Positions 1-13,745 of a stretch of DNA of 64,000 bases are shown in pieces (the first letter of the stretch is position 1; each line of letters opens with the position of its first letter). This DNA comes from Eledone cirrhosa (taxonomy: Eukaryota). Where the stretch lies: the NCBI GenBank assembly GCA_964016885.1, contig CAXHJY010001738.1, positions 248,001 to 312,000 of the forward strand, in the 5' to 3' direction. The translations under genes were made by a program, and so were the position numbers. The notes under the pieces were generated by a model. It did no database searches. It worked only from the letters and a program-made list of their open reading frames with translations, and had not been told where the DNA came from.

Positions 1-28
1 TGTTTTTATTAATTCATATATATATATA

Positions 29-66
<38 letters not shown>

Positions 67-113
67 CATACACATAAACTCATATACACATATACAGACT
101 CACACACACATAC

Positions 114-145
<32 letters not shown>

Positions 146-406
146 ATAAATATATATTTATATATACACACATATATACAAATAAAAACATATATATATA
201 TATATACACACAAACATACACATACATACATATAAATACATACATACATACACATACATACACATACATACAAACACACACACATATATATATATACATA
301 CACATACATATACATATACATATATTACACATATATATATACACACATACATATATAAATATATATATATACATATAAATATATAAATATATACACCCAT
401 ACACAT

Positions 407-479
<73 letters not shown>

Positions 480-735
480 ATATATACATATTTATATATG
501 CTTAATATATATATATTTATACACACATACATACACATATCCGCATATACTATAATCGCACGTACACACCCAAACATACGCATACATACGTACGGCCAGT
601 CAAACAAATACGTATATACACACACTCATAAGATATATGTATGTATATATATATACATAATATACATATATATATATACATATATATAATATATATATAT
701 ATATATATAATATATATATATATTATATATATATC

Positions 736-766
<31 letters not shown>

Positions 767-847
767 TAATATATATATATGTGTGTGTGTGTGTGATGTG
801 TGTGTGTGTGTGTATATATATATACACATATGTATATATATATATAT
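1..847. repeat. Compound (TA)n/(CA)n/(TACA)n/(TG)n microsatellite
   Basis: Directly visible. The YI/CV-rich ORFs here are translations of the repeats. Confidence 0.95.
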
Positions 848-2551
848 AGTAATAATAATAAATTTGAAGACTAAAATCCAAAGAGGGCTCGATAGGATAA
901 ATATATATCAAATATATAAGAACCGTAGAGCAAATATTTATTAAAATAAAGATTAAAATTTAAGCAAAGAATCGCTACTTTCAACCCTTAACGGGATCTT
1001 CTGAAACTAACAATGTCAATCTGTGAACGCAGAAGTGAATATTTAAAAAAAACGTTGAAACCGAGGAAGACAGGAAGACGATACTTTGGTTCGTGGAAAC
1101 ATTCCCTGGCAAAGAACGGAAAAAAACGAAGATAATACGTCATTATTTGGAGCGGTGAAAAACAATTACACGCAAAGACAAAACCACGTTTATGGTATAA
1201 ATGAAGTCGTAGATTAATATTCTATTAGGTGGTTCATGGAGACATTCTCTGGCAATGAACGGAAAAAACGAAGATAATACGTCATATGTGGAGCGGTGAG
1301 AACAATTACACGCAAAGACAAAACCACGTAAATGGTATAACTGAAGTCGTAGACTAAAATTCTATCCAGGAAACCGAATGATTCTCGGCTTCAGAGTTAA
1401 GAATAAAGTAAATAAAATACAGAGGTATCGAAATTAAATAAATACATACAGGCATCCATAACCGTACATACACAAGCATACGCGAAAACACTCGCCATGG
1501 GTATACAAATACAATCACATACACACAAAAAAAACAACCGCACTCCCATACAGAACCCACGCAGCGCCTGTACCCGCACACATACGAACGTATACACCAA
1601 ATACACATAAAATATATATAAAATAGATATATATATATATATGTGTGTGTGCGCGTGTATACATATGATTAAATGACCGTATATAAATAAATAAATACGC
1701 ATATAACGCGCGCGCACACATACCTACATGTAAATACACATATGTTCGCAGACGTACGTCAACCAAAACACAAAGTACACAAATACACACACCCTACATA
1801 CGTACGAACCCGCATACTCACACAGACGCAAAACTCACGTATACACATAACCGTATGCACATGTACCAGAATATATAATATATTATATACGCCATAACAT
1901 ATACAAGCAAATATACGTACGAGAAAGTATACGTACCTTCACAAAACATACAGGTAAAATATACTTACCTATACAAATAAGTAATGGTATAAACATAACA
2001 TATACTTAGCTACCACATCAAGACGTAAAATATCCGCGTATTGTTCGTACTATCCGTTAGAGTATAATGTGGGGCTGTAATACAGGAAGGTTTTGTGCAA
2101 TTTATGTTTAAAGCCGAAATTGCCTCAGATTTTTTGTTTAAGATGTGGTCTTTGGCGCAGAGTATTTCCAGGGCCTCAGCGGCGCAGAGGTCACATGGTC
2201 TTTTATTTCCGTTATACGATCTAGCCTTGGCTAGGATCTCCGAGTGTAACTTATATTGGGTGTGGTTGTCTTTTATACTCCAGATATAAGCTGAAAGTGA
2301 CGTCATATTCCTTCTTAAAGGGTTAAGAAAAGAATGGGTATGCAACGTTTTTGAAATATTCACTTCTGCGTTCACAGATTGACTTTGTTAGTTTCAGAAG
2401 ATCCTGTTAAGGGTGAAAGCAGTGATTCTTTGCTTAAACTTTAATCTGTTATTTTAATAAATTTTTGCTCTACGGTTCTTATATATTTGATATATATTTA
2501 TCCTTATCGAGCCCTCTTTGGATTTTAGTCTTCAAATTTATTATTATTACT
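848..2551 (-). mobile_element. Degenerate Penelope-like element: GIY-YIG C-terminal remnant bracketed by ~200-bp inverted arms, inserted in (TA)n
   Basis: 848-1057 is the reverse complement of 2341-2551. ORF 2010-2375(-) contains HSF..TSLSAYIW..YNGNKRPCDLC..E..I..LNKKSE, typical of a PLE endonuclease C-terminus. (TA)n on both sides. Confidence 0.75.
2010..2340 (-). pseudogene. PLE GIY-YIG endonuclease C-terminal fragment
   Basis: HTHSFLNPLRRNMTSLSAYIWSIKDNHTQYKLHSEILAKARSYNGNKRPCDLCAAEALEILCAKDHILNKKSE; aligns by eye with the ORF at 6191-6757. Confidence 0.8.
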
Positions 2552-2580
2552 ATATATATATATATATATATAGGCATAAC

Positions 2581-2654
2581 TGTCTGATGATGTCGTGTCA
2601 GTTGTTGCTGCAATAGCATAACTGCAATACTAAGGCGTTACTGAAATGCGCACA
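2581..2654 (+). ncRNA. Degenerate hammerhead-like motif
   Basis: tgt-CTGATGA-(hairpin cagttgttgct/agcataactg)-GAAA-tgcgc-aca. No proper UH cleavage dinucleotide, so probably inactive. Confidence 0.3.
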
Positions 2655-2950
2655 ATAAATATAATTATGTAATTATACAAACCTATCTTAAGGATTATTC
2701 GTATATATATATATATTTATGTGTGTATATAAATATATCTGTGTGTGTGTGTTGTGTGTGTGTATGTGTTTGTGTGTGTCTGAGTGTGTACAGCACCAAT
2801 TAGCCAGAACTCCTCGGATCATCCTTATCGTTTGATATGATAACTCTACAAAGATAGCCGAGTCGTGTAGAAGTCATTTCCTTCTGAAATATATTATATA
2901 CATTTCTCTACATAATTTATTGAGTATTTTATTTGCATTTTATCTATTTG

Positions 2951-3086
<136 letters not shown>

Positions 3087-3134
3087 TCGATTAAATTTGG
3101 ATTGCCTCGGAAACATAACCTTATTATGTAACAA

Positions 3135-3208
3135 GCTGTCTGACGATGTCGCGGCACTGGCGCACGGAACAGTGTAGCCACTGTCGCCCTTGAAATATGT
3201 ATCACAGC
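3135..3208 (+). ncRNA. Minimal type I hammerhead ribozyme-like motif in a ~250-bp (TA)n-flanked cassette
   Basis: Stem I gctgt(3135)/acagc(3204); CTGACGA at 3140; stem II gcggca/tgtcgc, tggc/gcca, gcac/gtgt; GAAA at 3192; 1-bp stem III t-atgt-a; TC at 3202. Base of stem II is mismatched. Confidence 0.6.
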
Positions 3209-3335
3209 ATTATTATTAAAGAACTTTAACATCTGAAACTACTTCGCTTTTTCTTATTCGATATATACTCCGTCACTCCTATGTGGAATAAGTACGTTGA
3301 ATGCTTGAATTGAATTGTATCAATGTTTACCTTAA

Positions 3336-3407
<72 letters not shown>

Positions 3408-3575
3408 ACCGAAACTACTGATTTCCAGAGGTTGGGAGATGAGAATGCCCGTCTTTCCGTTGTTTTCTAACTTATACAACTCCATGTGCAAATGGGGTTA
3501 ATCAGCCCGCCTACAGAGACAAAAATACTATAGATTTTCGCCTGTTTCAAGTTGCAACAGAAAGCAAGGGGAAGC

Positions 3576-3617
3576 ACTCTCTTGATGAGAGCCGGAAGCT
3601 CGTAATGCATAGACAGT
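3576..3617 (+). ncRNA. Degenerate hammerhead-like motif
   Basis: actct-c(t)TGATGA-gagc-cggaa-gctc-GTAA-tgcatag-acagt. Perfect stem II but mutated cores. Confidence 0.3.
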
Positions 3618-3757
3618 TATCCTCTACTAGATGGCGCTGGCCGTCAGCCTTTCAATTCATAGCAGGACTTTCAAAATGTTTATTTACTAAACATATTGTA
3701 TATCTTTAGATATACAAAATTCACATACATGTACATATAAAGCTATAGCGAAGCTAA

Positions 3758-3816
<59 letters not shown>

Positions 3817-3823
<7 letters not shown>

Positions 3824-5215
3824 GACGTAAAATAAGAAAATTATAAAAATTAACTTACTTACTAAAATTACACTCCAACTAATTAGTTTCTGAAAGGGAA
3901 TAAACATGGTTTCCGAATGGAACACATGGAGAAGGCCTTTCGTCATCAGGAAGTCAATTCTCAGCTAAGTTCCAGGCGATGCGTGGACACAGGGAACTTA
4001 TACAAAAATAATTCAGTGGATGGAAAAAAGCAAGCGTGGACTAAATTCCAAGACATTGAAAAAATCACTCCCTACTTGGTCGGTGGCAAATTCAAAAGAA
4101 TCAATCACGTGACATCGAGGTTAATCAGTGAGGAGTGGGGTGTTAAGAAGACAGTAGCCGAACTATTACTATGAACTATAGTAGCAGTTTTGGCAAATTT
4201 TTGCTCAACAAAATAATTTGGAGATAATTATAAAGAATTAGTATATCTACCAACATATATATACAGATGCATACCTATGCTAGCAAATATATAAGTTTTG
4301 TCTTAGTAACTTTGTGGTTCAATGCAAGGGGATGCAGAACAATTATATGAAAGACGTAAAATAAGAAAATTATAAAAATTAACTTACTTACTAAAATTTC
4401 ACTCCAACTAATTAGTTTCTGAAAGGGAATAAATATGGTTTCCGAATGGAACACATGGAGAAGGCCTTTCGTCATCAGGAAGTCAATTCTCAGCTAAGTT
4501 CCCAGGCGAAGCGTGGACACAGGGAACTTATACAAAAATAATTCAGTGGATGGAAAAAATCAAGCGTGGACTAAATTCCAAGACATTGAAAAAATCACTC
4601 CCTACTTGGTCGGTGGCAAATTCAAAAGAACCTATATATTTGCTAGCATAGGTATGCATCTGTATATATATATATGTTGGTAGATATACTAATTCTTTAT
4701 AATTTTGCAATACACTGTATGCTTAATTAAAAGCATTTCGAAGACCTTATGCTATTGTTTTAAAGTAAGTGAGACTGTCACTACTCTAAAACAATAGCAT
4801 AAGGCCTTCAAAATGCTTTTAATTAAGCATACAGTGTATTGCAAAATACACTATATATACATTCATATAAATATAGCTATTTCAGAGCGCCAATTCTAAT
4901 TTTCAATTTCTGCTTAACCAGCAACCGCTCTGTATAATCAGTTCCTGATTATTACTAGAAATTCTATAAGAATCAAACATTCATGATTTTCAGCAAACAG
5001 GTGGGGTACTTGGCTTTGATAAGTACCAATCAGTACGAAACATAGCTCTGTCAGCTTTATCTCCCCCTGTTTGCTGAAAATGTAAAGTAAATGAGACTGT
5101 CACTACTCTAAAACAATAGCATAAGGTCTTCGAAATGCTGTTAATTAAGCATACAGTGTATTGCAAAATACACTATATATACATTCCTATATATATAGCT
5201 ATTTCAGAGCGCCAA

Positions 5216-5222
<7 letters not shown>
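3817..5222. repeat. Mosaic of short direct and inverted duplications
   Basis: Direct: 3817-4100 = 4345-4630; ~4761-4900 = ~5082-5222. Inverted: ~4227-4293/4633-4704; ~4703-4766/4781-4846; ~4987-5005/5062-5080. Confidence 0.85.
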
Positions 5223-5289
<67 letters not shown>

Positions 5290-6190
5290 TAAAAATAATG
5301 AATAAAAACAAAGAAACAGTTCCTTATATTAAAAGATTCATCATTTTACGATCGTTTCTAGGATATATATGTGTGTGTTGGTATGTATATCATATAGATC
5401 TATGTAAACATTTTACAAACTCTCAGAGGGAATATACATACCTACACATATATATGCTGTCTTCAGAAATAATGATATTTGTTTATTGAAAAAAACCAAC
5501 AAAGATTTAATATAATAGGTCTGTTTGGGAACAGGTTTTGAATTGACCAATAGAAAAGTAGTAAGTGGTCAAGTTAATAGAATAGTAGTAGTAGAAATTT
5601 AATTTAGGGGTAGAGGAATGCAGACTTCAGTTTTGAATGGAAATAATACTTTGAATGAAAAGATTACTTTGGGGATGAAAAGAGGTCAAGCCGGTGAAAG
5701 GTACACGAAAATTTGATGTTATTAAAGAATAATGCTAATTTTAAAATCGAAGGAGAATAAAATTTTAGGATAAATGTGTTAATGAGAAATACCAATCTTA
5801 TTTAAAACATAAGGAATTTAGATCTATAAAAAGAAATTTAATTAATTTAATTGATAGGTATACTTATAGGGATACATTTATATTAATTCATATAGATGTG
5901 ATAAATAAGAGTTAGATGTTATTAAAGAATGTTATTAAAAACGAAGGAAAAAAATTTTTAGGGGGATAAATGTATTAGTGAGAAATAACAAACTTATATA
6001 GACTACAAGGAATTTAGATTCATAACAGGAAATTAAAATAGTTTATATGTATACTTATAGGTATTAATTTTAGGAAAAAATAGCTGTAAAAGGGAAATAA
6101 AATTATGAAGTTCTCAGTAGTAAAATACTAATTATAGGTTAACTAAATTAAAAAAACTAATTATAATAATTTGTAAAATATAAGTGTATA

Positions 6191-6757
6191 TTAATTAGGT
6201 TTATAATATTTGAAAGTTCTTCTAATTCTATGATTGCACGATATAATTAATTCTTGTCGCTTATTTAATAGGATATCCTTAGATTTCATTATTTCAAAAA
6301 GTTCCTGGGAACATAATCTACACTCATATCTGTTATTTTGATAAGGGGTGGCCCTTTTGAGCACACTCCAGGTCAGGTTATAATCGAAATTCTTTTTTCT
6401 ATAATTATTAATTATTTCAGCTAAGGGTGTTGTATTAGCTAATGCGGCATTTTTAAAACTGTGTTTGTGGGTATTAAATCTTACTTTAAATTGGTTAGAA
6501 GTAGCTCCTATATATGAATAAGTTGAGTCCTTAGTGCTAATTTTACATTTATATACTATGTTATGAATAAGGCAATTTCTTTTTAATGGGCAATTTGCTT
6601 TATTTCTACAGTTACAACCATTCGTGAATATTATATCAGGGGAGTTAGTCAAATTTGGTGTGGAATTTACTCGACTTGTTGTATGTGAAGGAGATGGTGG
6701 TTTGCTGCGGTTTATTTTAGTATTATGGTTAGTTTGATGTGTTGGTGGTATATTCAT
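6191..6757 (-). pseudogene. PLE GIY-YIG endonuclease domain (fragment of a larger disrupted RT-EN ORF)
   Basis: GCNCRNKANCPLKRNCL..NIVYKC..YSYIGAT..FKVRFNTH..CRLC..E..LLNKRQEL..CNH; IVY/YIG motif pair. Confidence 0.88.
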
Positions 6758-6918
6758 GGTTTTTTACATTTATATGCATTGTAGGCACTTATATTTTGTT
6801 GTATATTTTTGGTAGTGGAGTGGGAGAATTTGACCGTTCATCTATTTAAAATTTGATGGTATTTATGGTTTGGCGGGAAGTTTTTCTCTAGGATAGTAAA
6901 AACTTTTTTATGGATATT

Positions 6919-7102
6919 GGTAGATTGGCAGAATCGGTAGAGCGTCAGACACCATGCTTTCTAGCATAGTTACGTCCCTTTACAGTCTGAGTTCAAATCC
7001 CGCCGAGGTTAACTTTGCCTTTCATCCTTACGGGGTCGATAAAATAAAGTACCAGTAATGTACTGGGTATTGCTGGCCTTGTGCCTAAAGTAGAAACAAT
7101 TA
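6919..7102 (+). mobile_element. tRNA-derived SINE inserted in the PLE ORF
   Basis: A-box tggcagaatcgg, B-box gagttcaaatcc, core ccgaggttaactttgcctttcatccttacggggtcgataaaataaagtaccagt shared with about ten other copies in the window. Confidence 0.88.
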
Positions 7103-7773
7103 TCTTTAATTTGTAGATTAAATGGAGCATAATACCAAGTAACTCGTCTATTACGGTTTCGATGTTGTTTTTTTATATTTATACGATGTATCCTGATGTT
7201 TACTAAGAGAGTTAGTATTAATGAATTTATTATACATATGTTTAGTTAGATTCACTGATTTAGGTGTTTTAGTCTGATTATTAGGAATTTTGTTAGTAAT
7301 GTTATTAACATATATTGGAGTATTAGGATGAATGGTTTTTTGAAATTTATTATATTGTATGTGAGAAGAGGTAGAGAAATTAAGTTTTATCCCCCTAAAA
7401 TTCCCTCTGATAGTTTGTAAAATGTTTACATAGATCTATATGATATACATACCAACACACATATATATATCCTAGAAACGATCGTAAAATGATGAATTTT
7501 TTAATATAAGGAACTGTTTCTTTGTTTTTATTCATTGTTTTTATTAATTTATCTTGACTCTGTTTTCCTGTGTTTTTCATCTAAAAAATTTTGAATGCAT
7601 CTTCTCTTTTCATGATATTTGGATTACATTGAGTTATTCATACGGATTGGACACTACCGTATATTTTGGTAGATTTATCTACTTATATATATATATATAT
7701 CATGTACCATAATATATGTACAATCATATATGTAATATATGTACAATACATAATATATGTACAATCATGTACC

Positions 7774-7829
<56 letters not shown>

Positions 7830-7831
<2 letters not shown>

Positions 7832-7907
7832 CCCCACTCTCCTGAGCGTGAATTTAATAAACATTTGTCGTACTGCCTCTCTGTTCTGTCCCTGTTCAAT
7901 TTTTCAT

Positions 7908-7984
<77 letters not shown>

Positions 7985-8058
7985 CCACTCTCCTGAGCGT
8001 GAATTTAATAAACATTTGTCGTACTGCCTCTCTGTTCTGTCCCTGTTCAATTTTTCAT
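7830..8058 (+). repeat. Two identical ~77-bp cassettes separated by (TA)n
   Basis: ccccactctcctgagcgtgaatttaataaacatttgtc...ttcaatttttcatt at ~7832 and ~7983. Confidence 0.85.
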
Positions 8059-8166
<108 letters not shown>

Positions 8167-8287
8167 ATATATATATATATATATTATATATATATATTAT
8201 GGTACATGATTGTTGCACATCAGTCAGCGAAACTACAGTCGGGACTTTGAAGAAACTATTGTCTATTCTTGATTCTATAATTTGAAG

Positions 8288-8296
8288 TGTGTGTGA

Positions 8297-8377
<81 letters not shown>

Positions 8378-8416
8378 TGTGTGCGAGTGTATGTGTGTGT
8401 GTGAATGTGTGTGTGT
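8288..8416. repeat. (TG)n microsatellite
   Basis: Directly visible. Confidence 0.95.
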
Positions 8417-8737
8417 TCCTTTGATTATAAGTTTCTCAGTTACCCAATCGGTTAAAAGTACACTATGAGATCAAGTACGGGTTTGCTTGCATAACATGGT
8501 AGGAAACTGTTAGCCTGTGGTTACCAGGAAACCAACAGCAACTAACCTACTTCTAACAAATCCAGTTTGTTCAGTGGAACACGTGACACCTTCAAACATT
8601 ATTATATAATTATATTTTTACATTTATTTCAGCCGAGTTGTTATATAATAACCCCACCAATTTCACTTTTCCGCACAATTAAAACTAAATTGCTATGTAG
8701 CTGTCAATCTCTTCTCCGTGTTCATTATAGGCTAGTG

Positions 8738-8739
<2 letters not shown>

Positions 8740-8801
<62 letters not shown>

Positions 8802-8807
8802 ATCTCG

Positions 8808-8861
<54 letters not shown>

Positions 8862-8906
8862 CTGTCTATCTATCTGTCTATCTATCTATCTATCTATCTA
8901 TCTATC
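8740..8906. repeat. (CT)n(TA)n(TCTA)n microsatellite, left flank of the Tx1-like LINE
   Basis: Directly visible. (TCTA)n resumes at 12781. Confidence 0.9.
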
Positions 8907-11900
8907 GACGTGGGTAATTCCTGCGTAAACCCTATAACCGCGTCCTTTTGAAATGTTTCCCCACCCCCACCCCAGACACTCCCACCCCAGACACCCCACC
9001 CTACCTGACACCCCCTCCGCACCAAACATCTCCGTCCCCACCCCGCCAGAAACCACCATCCTACCAAACAACCCCTCCAACACCCCCATGGACATTTTGC
9101 AGCCTGACCCCCAGGAAGCGAGGAGGTAAGTGAATTCTTTCCTCTTCTTCTAACTTTTCAGCACCAACATGGCCAATATAAGAGTCGGATGTGTGAATGT
9201 GCGCGGCCTGGGGATGCCCTGGAAACAGGGCAAACTCTTAAACGACCTCAGGTCGCACAGTATGGATGTGGCAGTCATTTGCGAGTCCAGGATCCACAGC
9301 GAGCGGCAGCTGGCCCCCATCTTCGACGACTTTGAGATCTCTGCATCTCTCTGAGAGCTGGGAGCTGGGGGCAGGGTTGCCGTTTTGCTGCGGAAACACG
9401 TAGACCTCGTGACACAGACGGTACATCTGGACACGGAGGGTCGACTGATGGTTCTAGACGTCAGCAGTGGTGAAGGTAGAGCCTTCAGACTGGTGGCCGT
9501 GTATACCCCATCCGGGACATCGCAGCTAGACTTCTTCAAACGTCTGGAGACTTTTCTGGGTACGTCCCGCTCCTTGCTTTTAGTGGGGGACTGGAATAGA
9601 ATCCTAGATGCACGTTGGGATTATGTGGGAGCATGTCTCGATAGAGGGGGAGGGTGTAACAGCCTCAAACAGTTAATCGGCCGATTTCAACTAGCCGATA
9701 AATACCGACTAGACTTCCCGACTGCGCCACTGTGGACGAACCTCAGCGGGACATCTAGATCGTACTTAGATAGGTTTCTAATTAGAGATAAGGATAGGGA
9801 CATGTTAAGCTGTCCACACATGTTCATGGTTGCCTATTCAGATCACAAACTAGTGACCTGCATAGTCAACCTTGATAGAACCCATAGGCAGGGACCCGAC
9901 TACTGGAAGCTGAACTTGTCGTTACCGACATGCAAAGCCTACAGTAGACGGATTAACACTTTAGTTAAGCAGCAGTTGACGGGGGCAATTGTCAACAACA
10001 GGTGGTGGGGCTCTCTCAAGAGAACAATTAGATTAGAATCGATAGGCTTTAGTAAGGAATTAGCGTTAGATAGGAAGAAGACCGAAAGGGGACTGGTAGA
10101 TAAAGTAGAAGAGGCGATAAAGAGTGGCAGCATAGCTAACGTACTAGCGACAAGAACGGTCTTGGACCAGTTCTTCGACGCAAGGCACGAAGGCTGCGTT
10201 GTCAGGAGTAAAACACGTGCTCTAGGAAACGAGGGAGCCAAAGCTGTTAGCTGGGCCCGAGTGACAGAGGCAAAAAGTGGCAACAAGTCCACGATTCGGT
10301 CATTGAAGGACCAAGATGGACGCGTGATACTTGTACCGGAGCAAATGTGCGCGGCCTTTCAGCGGCACTTTGCACAGCTGTTCGGGGAGGTGGGGTGACG
10401 CACCGGGAGAGGCTATGGATTTTGGTCCCTACCTCGACGGCCTCCCGCGACTCTCGGACGGGAAGGCGAAGTTCTGCGAAAGACCGATTTCGGCCGCTGA
10501 GATAGGGGACGCGCTGAGCCGATGCGGCAAACGGAAATCACCAGGTCTCGACGGTCTACCCTACCAATTTTACGTAGCAATGCCGGACTTGTTCTCCGGT
10601 CTCCTGGAAGCGGTCTACTGCAACTGGCAGCAGAACGGGAGAATTCCCAGTTCTGTGACCAAGGGCGTAGTCACGCTAGTCAGGAAGGACGAGAATAAGG
10701 GGGATATCATAGGTAACTTCAGGCCCATACCTCTGCTAAACACAGAGTTACAGATTTTGGCCAAGGTGTTGGCAAAGAGGCTGGCGCTTGTCGTTGGGAA
10801 CCTGCTGGGAGAAGCGCAGACATGCGCAATCCCGATCAGGTCCATACACGACAACCTCCACCTCATGCGATACATCGTAGAGAGAGTAGGGTGTGAACCC
10901 GGCTTCAGTGGGGCCCTGATCAACTTGGATCAGTCTAAAGCGTTCGATAGGGTTGACCATCGTTACCTGGATGCGGTGCTCGAGGCGGCAGGCTTCGGAA
11001 CCGTGTTCGGGGGCTGGATTGCTGCAATGCACAGCAGCAACATCTGCTCAAGGGTCAAGGTGAATGGCTACCGCTCGGAGATTTTCCAAATCACGTGATC
11101 CATCCGACAGGGAGGCCCTCTCTCCTCCCTTCTGTACGTACTGACTCTCGAGCCACTACTGCGGAAGCTGGAGCTACTGCAAGGTATCCCGTTGGAACCG
11201 GGACTGCGAAGAGCGGCGTCGGCCTACGCCGACCACGTGACAGTAATGGTGTCGAGCAACTAGCAAATCGGGGAGGTCGGCAACTTACTGAAGGAATACG
11301 AAAGGTTTACAGGTTTGCAAATCGGAACGTAGAGAGGCAAACCGATGCCTTCCGACGGTGTCGTCGGACGCTGGAAGGAAGGACCGGTGAAGCTGCTCGG
11401 GGTCTGGTTCGGACCGGACCTCCAGGTGGAGAAAAACTAGAACGAGGTGACGGCCAAGGTGTTTGCGCTCGTCCAGAAGTGGGCCGAGTGCAAACTATTC
11501 CTGAAAGGTCGAGCGGACATGGCGAGCACTTTCATAGCGTCCGTCATCTAATATCGCTTGACCATCGTGCCTTGTCCAGGTAAAGCGCTCACCAAAATGG
11601 AGCGCGCGCTCTTCCAATTCCTTTGGAAGAAGCGGGCTCATTTGGTGAGATGTCCATCTGCTGTCAACACCCTCCAAACGGAGGGGTGGGGATGTCGTGG
11701 CTGACGATGCGCAAACACGCGCTCAGGCTGCGGCACCTCCACGTTTTCCTCACCGAACAACCGGTGTGAGCCCCGTTCGTGAGGCGAGCCTTCTCGCGAC
11801 TCGTCTCGCTCACGGAGCTGCACTCCTGGGTCAAGCAAAGACCAAGGAAAATGGGCGACTGGCATATCGAATGTGCTCAGGTGCTCACAGTCCTCTGTCA

Positions 11901-12780
11901 AGCGGACCCGGCGATCAGTGGACACTCCACCTCGTCATTCTATAGAGGGTTGGTGCGCAGCAAGTGCGACGACACTCTCGGGGAAACTCTAGACGTAGAG
12001 GAAGACGAACTGTCCAGTCTGTTCGGTAGCACATTCCGCCCGGGAGCGATGGACAACTTCCAAAAGTCCCTGTCCTGACAGTGCTACCGAGGAGCTCTAC
12101 CCATTCGAGACAAGCTCTACAGACACAGACGCCCGGGCAGGGATCCCTCGAAAAAGATCTGTCCGAGATGCGTGCGAGACGAGGAAACCGTCGCGCACGC
12201 ATTCGTACTGTGGATCTACGAAGAACGGCTACTGTCGCGGGTGGGACAAATCCGGTACCACCGAGTCCATTATTACGATCAAACCGCCACCCTCCTTCAA
12301 AAACGAAGGAGAGGCGGTTTTCCTCTGTGTAATGGCTATGGTAAAAGAGGTTATATGGTGGACGAGGCTGAAAGGGCTGAGGTCAGACACCTTTCTCTCC
12401 GGCGAACAACTGGTTCACTTCTTCAAATATCACTTTAGAAGAAGAATCAGAGTGGAGAGAGAGGTGCTGCACCCCAGCAAATTTTACGAAAGGTGGGTGA
12501 ATGTGGCAAGAATGGCCCGAGTGGTTGGGCCTTCTCTCTATATTAACCTGTAGGTTGAGGAAAAAGAGGAAGAGAGGAAAGGAGCGCTCGCTCTTCGTGC
12601 TCCTGGAGATGAGGGTTGTACATTTTTTCGGGGTGTGTAATGCCCCCTTCCCCCTATTGGGGATTACAATTGTTATTTGTTATTTATTTATTAGTTCTAT
12701 TTTTATACGCTTGTATGTAAACTCCCCACTTTGTATTTGTATGTGTCCCCATCTTTTGTGCCCCTGTGGCAAATAAAGAA
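8907..12780 (+). mobile_element. 5'-truncated Tx1/L1-clade LINE: ORF1 tail, disrupted APE-RT-CCHC ORF2 and 3' UTR
   Basis: Pro-rich ORF ending RKRGGK* at 9133. ORF2 from 9169: NVRGL, GDWN, YLDRF, SDH (APE); KSPGLDGLP, NFRPIPLLN, DQSKAFDRVDH, RQGGPLSP, AYADHV (RT); CPRC..EETVAH (Zn knuckle). Ends in aataaagaa. Confidence 0.9.
9169..12553 (+). pseudogene. Tx1-like ORF2 (APE endonuclease plus reverse transcriptase) with several stops and frameshifts
   Basis: In-frame TGA at 9352, frameshifts near 10390 and 11040-11100, further stops downstream. Pieces: ORFs 9169, 9385, 10331, 11779, 12332. Confidence 0.88.
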
Positions 12781-12920
12781 ATCTATCTATCTCTATCTAT
12801 CTAGCTATCTATCTATCTTTCTCTCCTTATAATCTCTCCCCTACAGTCACTGGCACTGACAGGTGACTACATTATAGTCCATTAAGTAGTTATATATATG
12901 TACTTATGTTTATATATATA

Positions 12921-13314
12921 CTAGCAGATATACCCCGGCGTTGCCCGGGGTTTGAAATGCAACAAAGAATAAACAAGAAACAAACGATAATATTAGTGAT
13001 TTATCTTCAAATGAATCTGATGTTTATATTTTTGTCAATAAAGTTGGTTATGTCCCTTTTTTATAAGGATTGTCAATAAAGTTGGTTATCTGCCTTACAT
13101 CAATTTTGATACCGATAATTTTGATATCGATTTGTTATTGCTCAACGTGGGTCGATTTGAAAATGTTTTGTGATGTGACCATCTTAGCGACCTGTGCAAC
13201 GTGCACAGAAAATGTGGTCAAATTCGGTTGGTAATTGTAAAAGCCTTAGGTATCCAAAGTTGTACACAGACACACACACACAACCTCACTTTTATATATA
13301 TAGAAGATAGAAGA
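12921..13314 (-). mobile_element. Non-autonomous Helitron (~390 bp)
   Basis: Minus strand starts TC(ttctatcttctatatatataaaa) and ends in hairpin ccccgg-gcaacg-ccgggg, 8 nt, CTAG. Inserted between A and T in a TA run with no TSD. Confidence 0.75.
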
Positions 13315-13354
13315 TATATATATACATACAAATACACACACATAAACGTATGCA

Positions 13355-13532
13355 TACATATACATACATACATACATACATACATACATACATACATACA
13401 TACATACATACGTACGTACCTATGTACATACGTACATACATACATACATACATACATACATACATACATACATACATACATACATACATACATACATACA
13501 TACATACATACATACATACATACATACATACA
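13355..13532. repeat. (TACA)n microsatellite
   Basis: Directly visible. Confidence 0.95.
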
Positions 13533-13745
13533 ATGGCGACCGTTATGGTCAGTGTCCGATAATCGGACGTGTGTAATTACGGCTTACATGATGGCAACAT
13601 ACCATATATTGGAAAAAGTTGAGCTACATTACGCGGTAAGATTACATACAATAATTCTACATAAGTGTTTGAACTGTAAGTGTGTTGTAAAACACCTATT
13701 TATATGAACGATACATAGACTTTAACATATAAATGCAATGTTGTT

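Larger units (their letters stand above)
5285..7548 (-). mobile_element. 5'-truncated Penelope-like element (RT thumb, CxCx5C linker, C-terminal GIY-YIG) with inverted pseudo-LTR arms
   Basis: Arms 5285-5433 and 7400-7548 are reverse complements. Minus strand reads TWYYAPFNLQIK | SINE | NIHKKVFTILEKNFPPNHKYHQILNR*TVKFSHSTTKNIQQNISAYN, then ORF 6191-6757. Confidence 0.85.

Noticed and set aside
6919-7102. tRNA gene (A and B boxes)
   Set aside because: No cloverleaf, and the boxes are followed by the shared SINE core and tail in many diverged copies.
9150-12202. Antisense and alternative-frame ORFs over the Tx1-like element
   Set aside because: Shadow ORFs of GC-rich LINE coding sequence with no motifs of their own.
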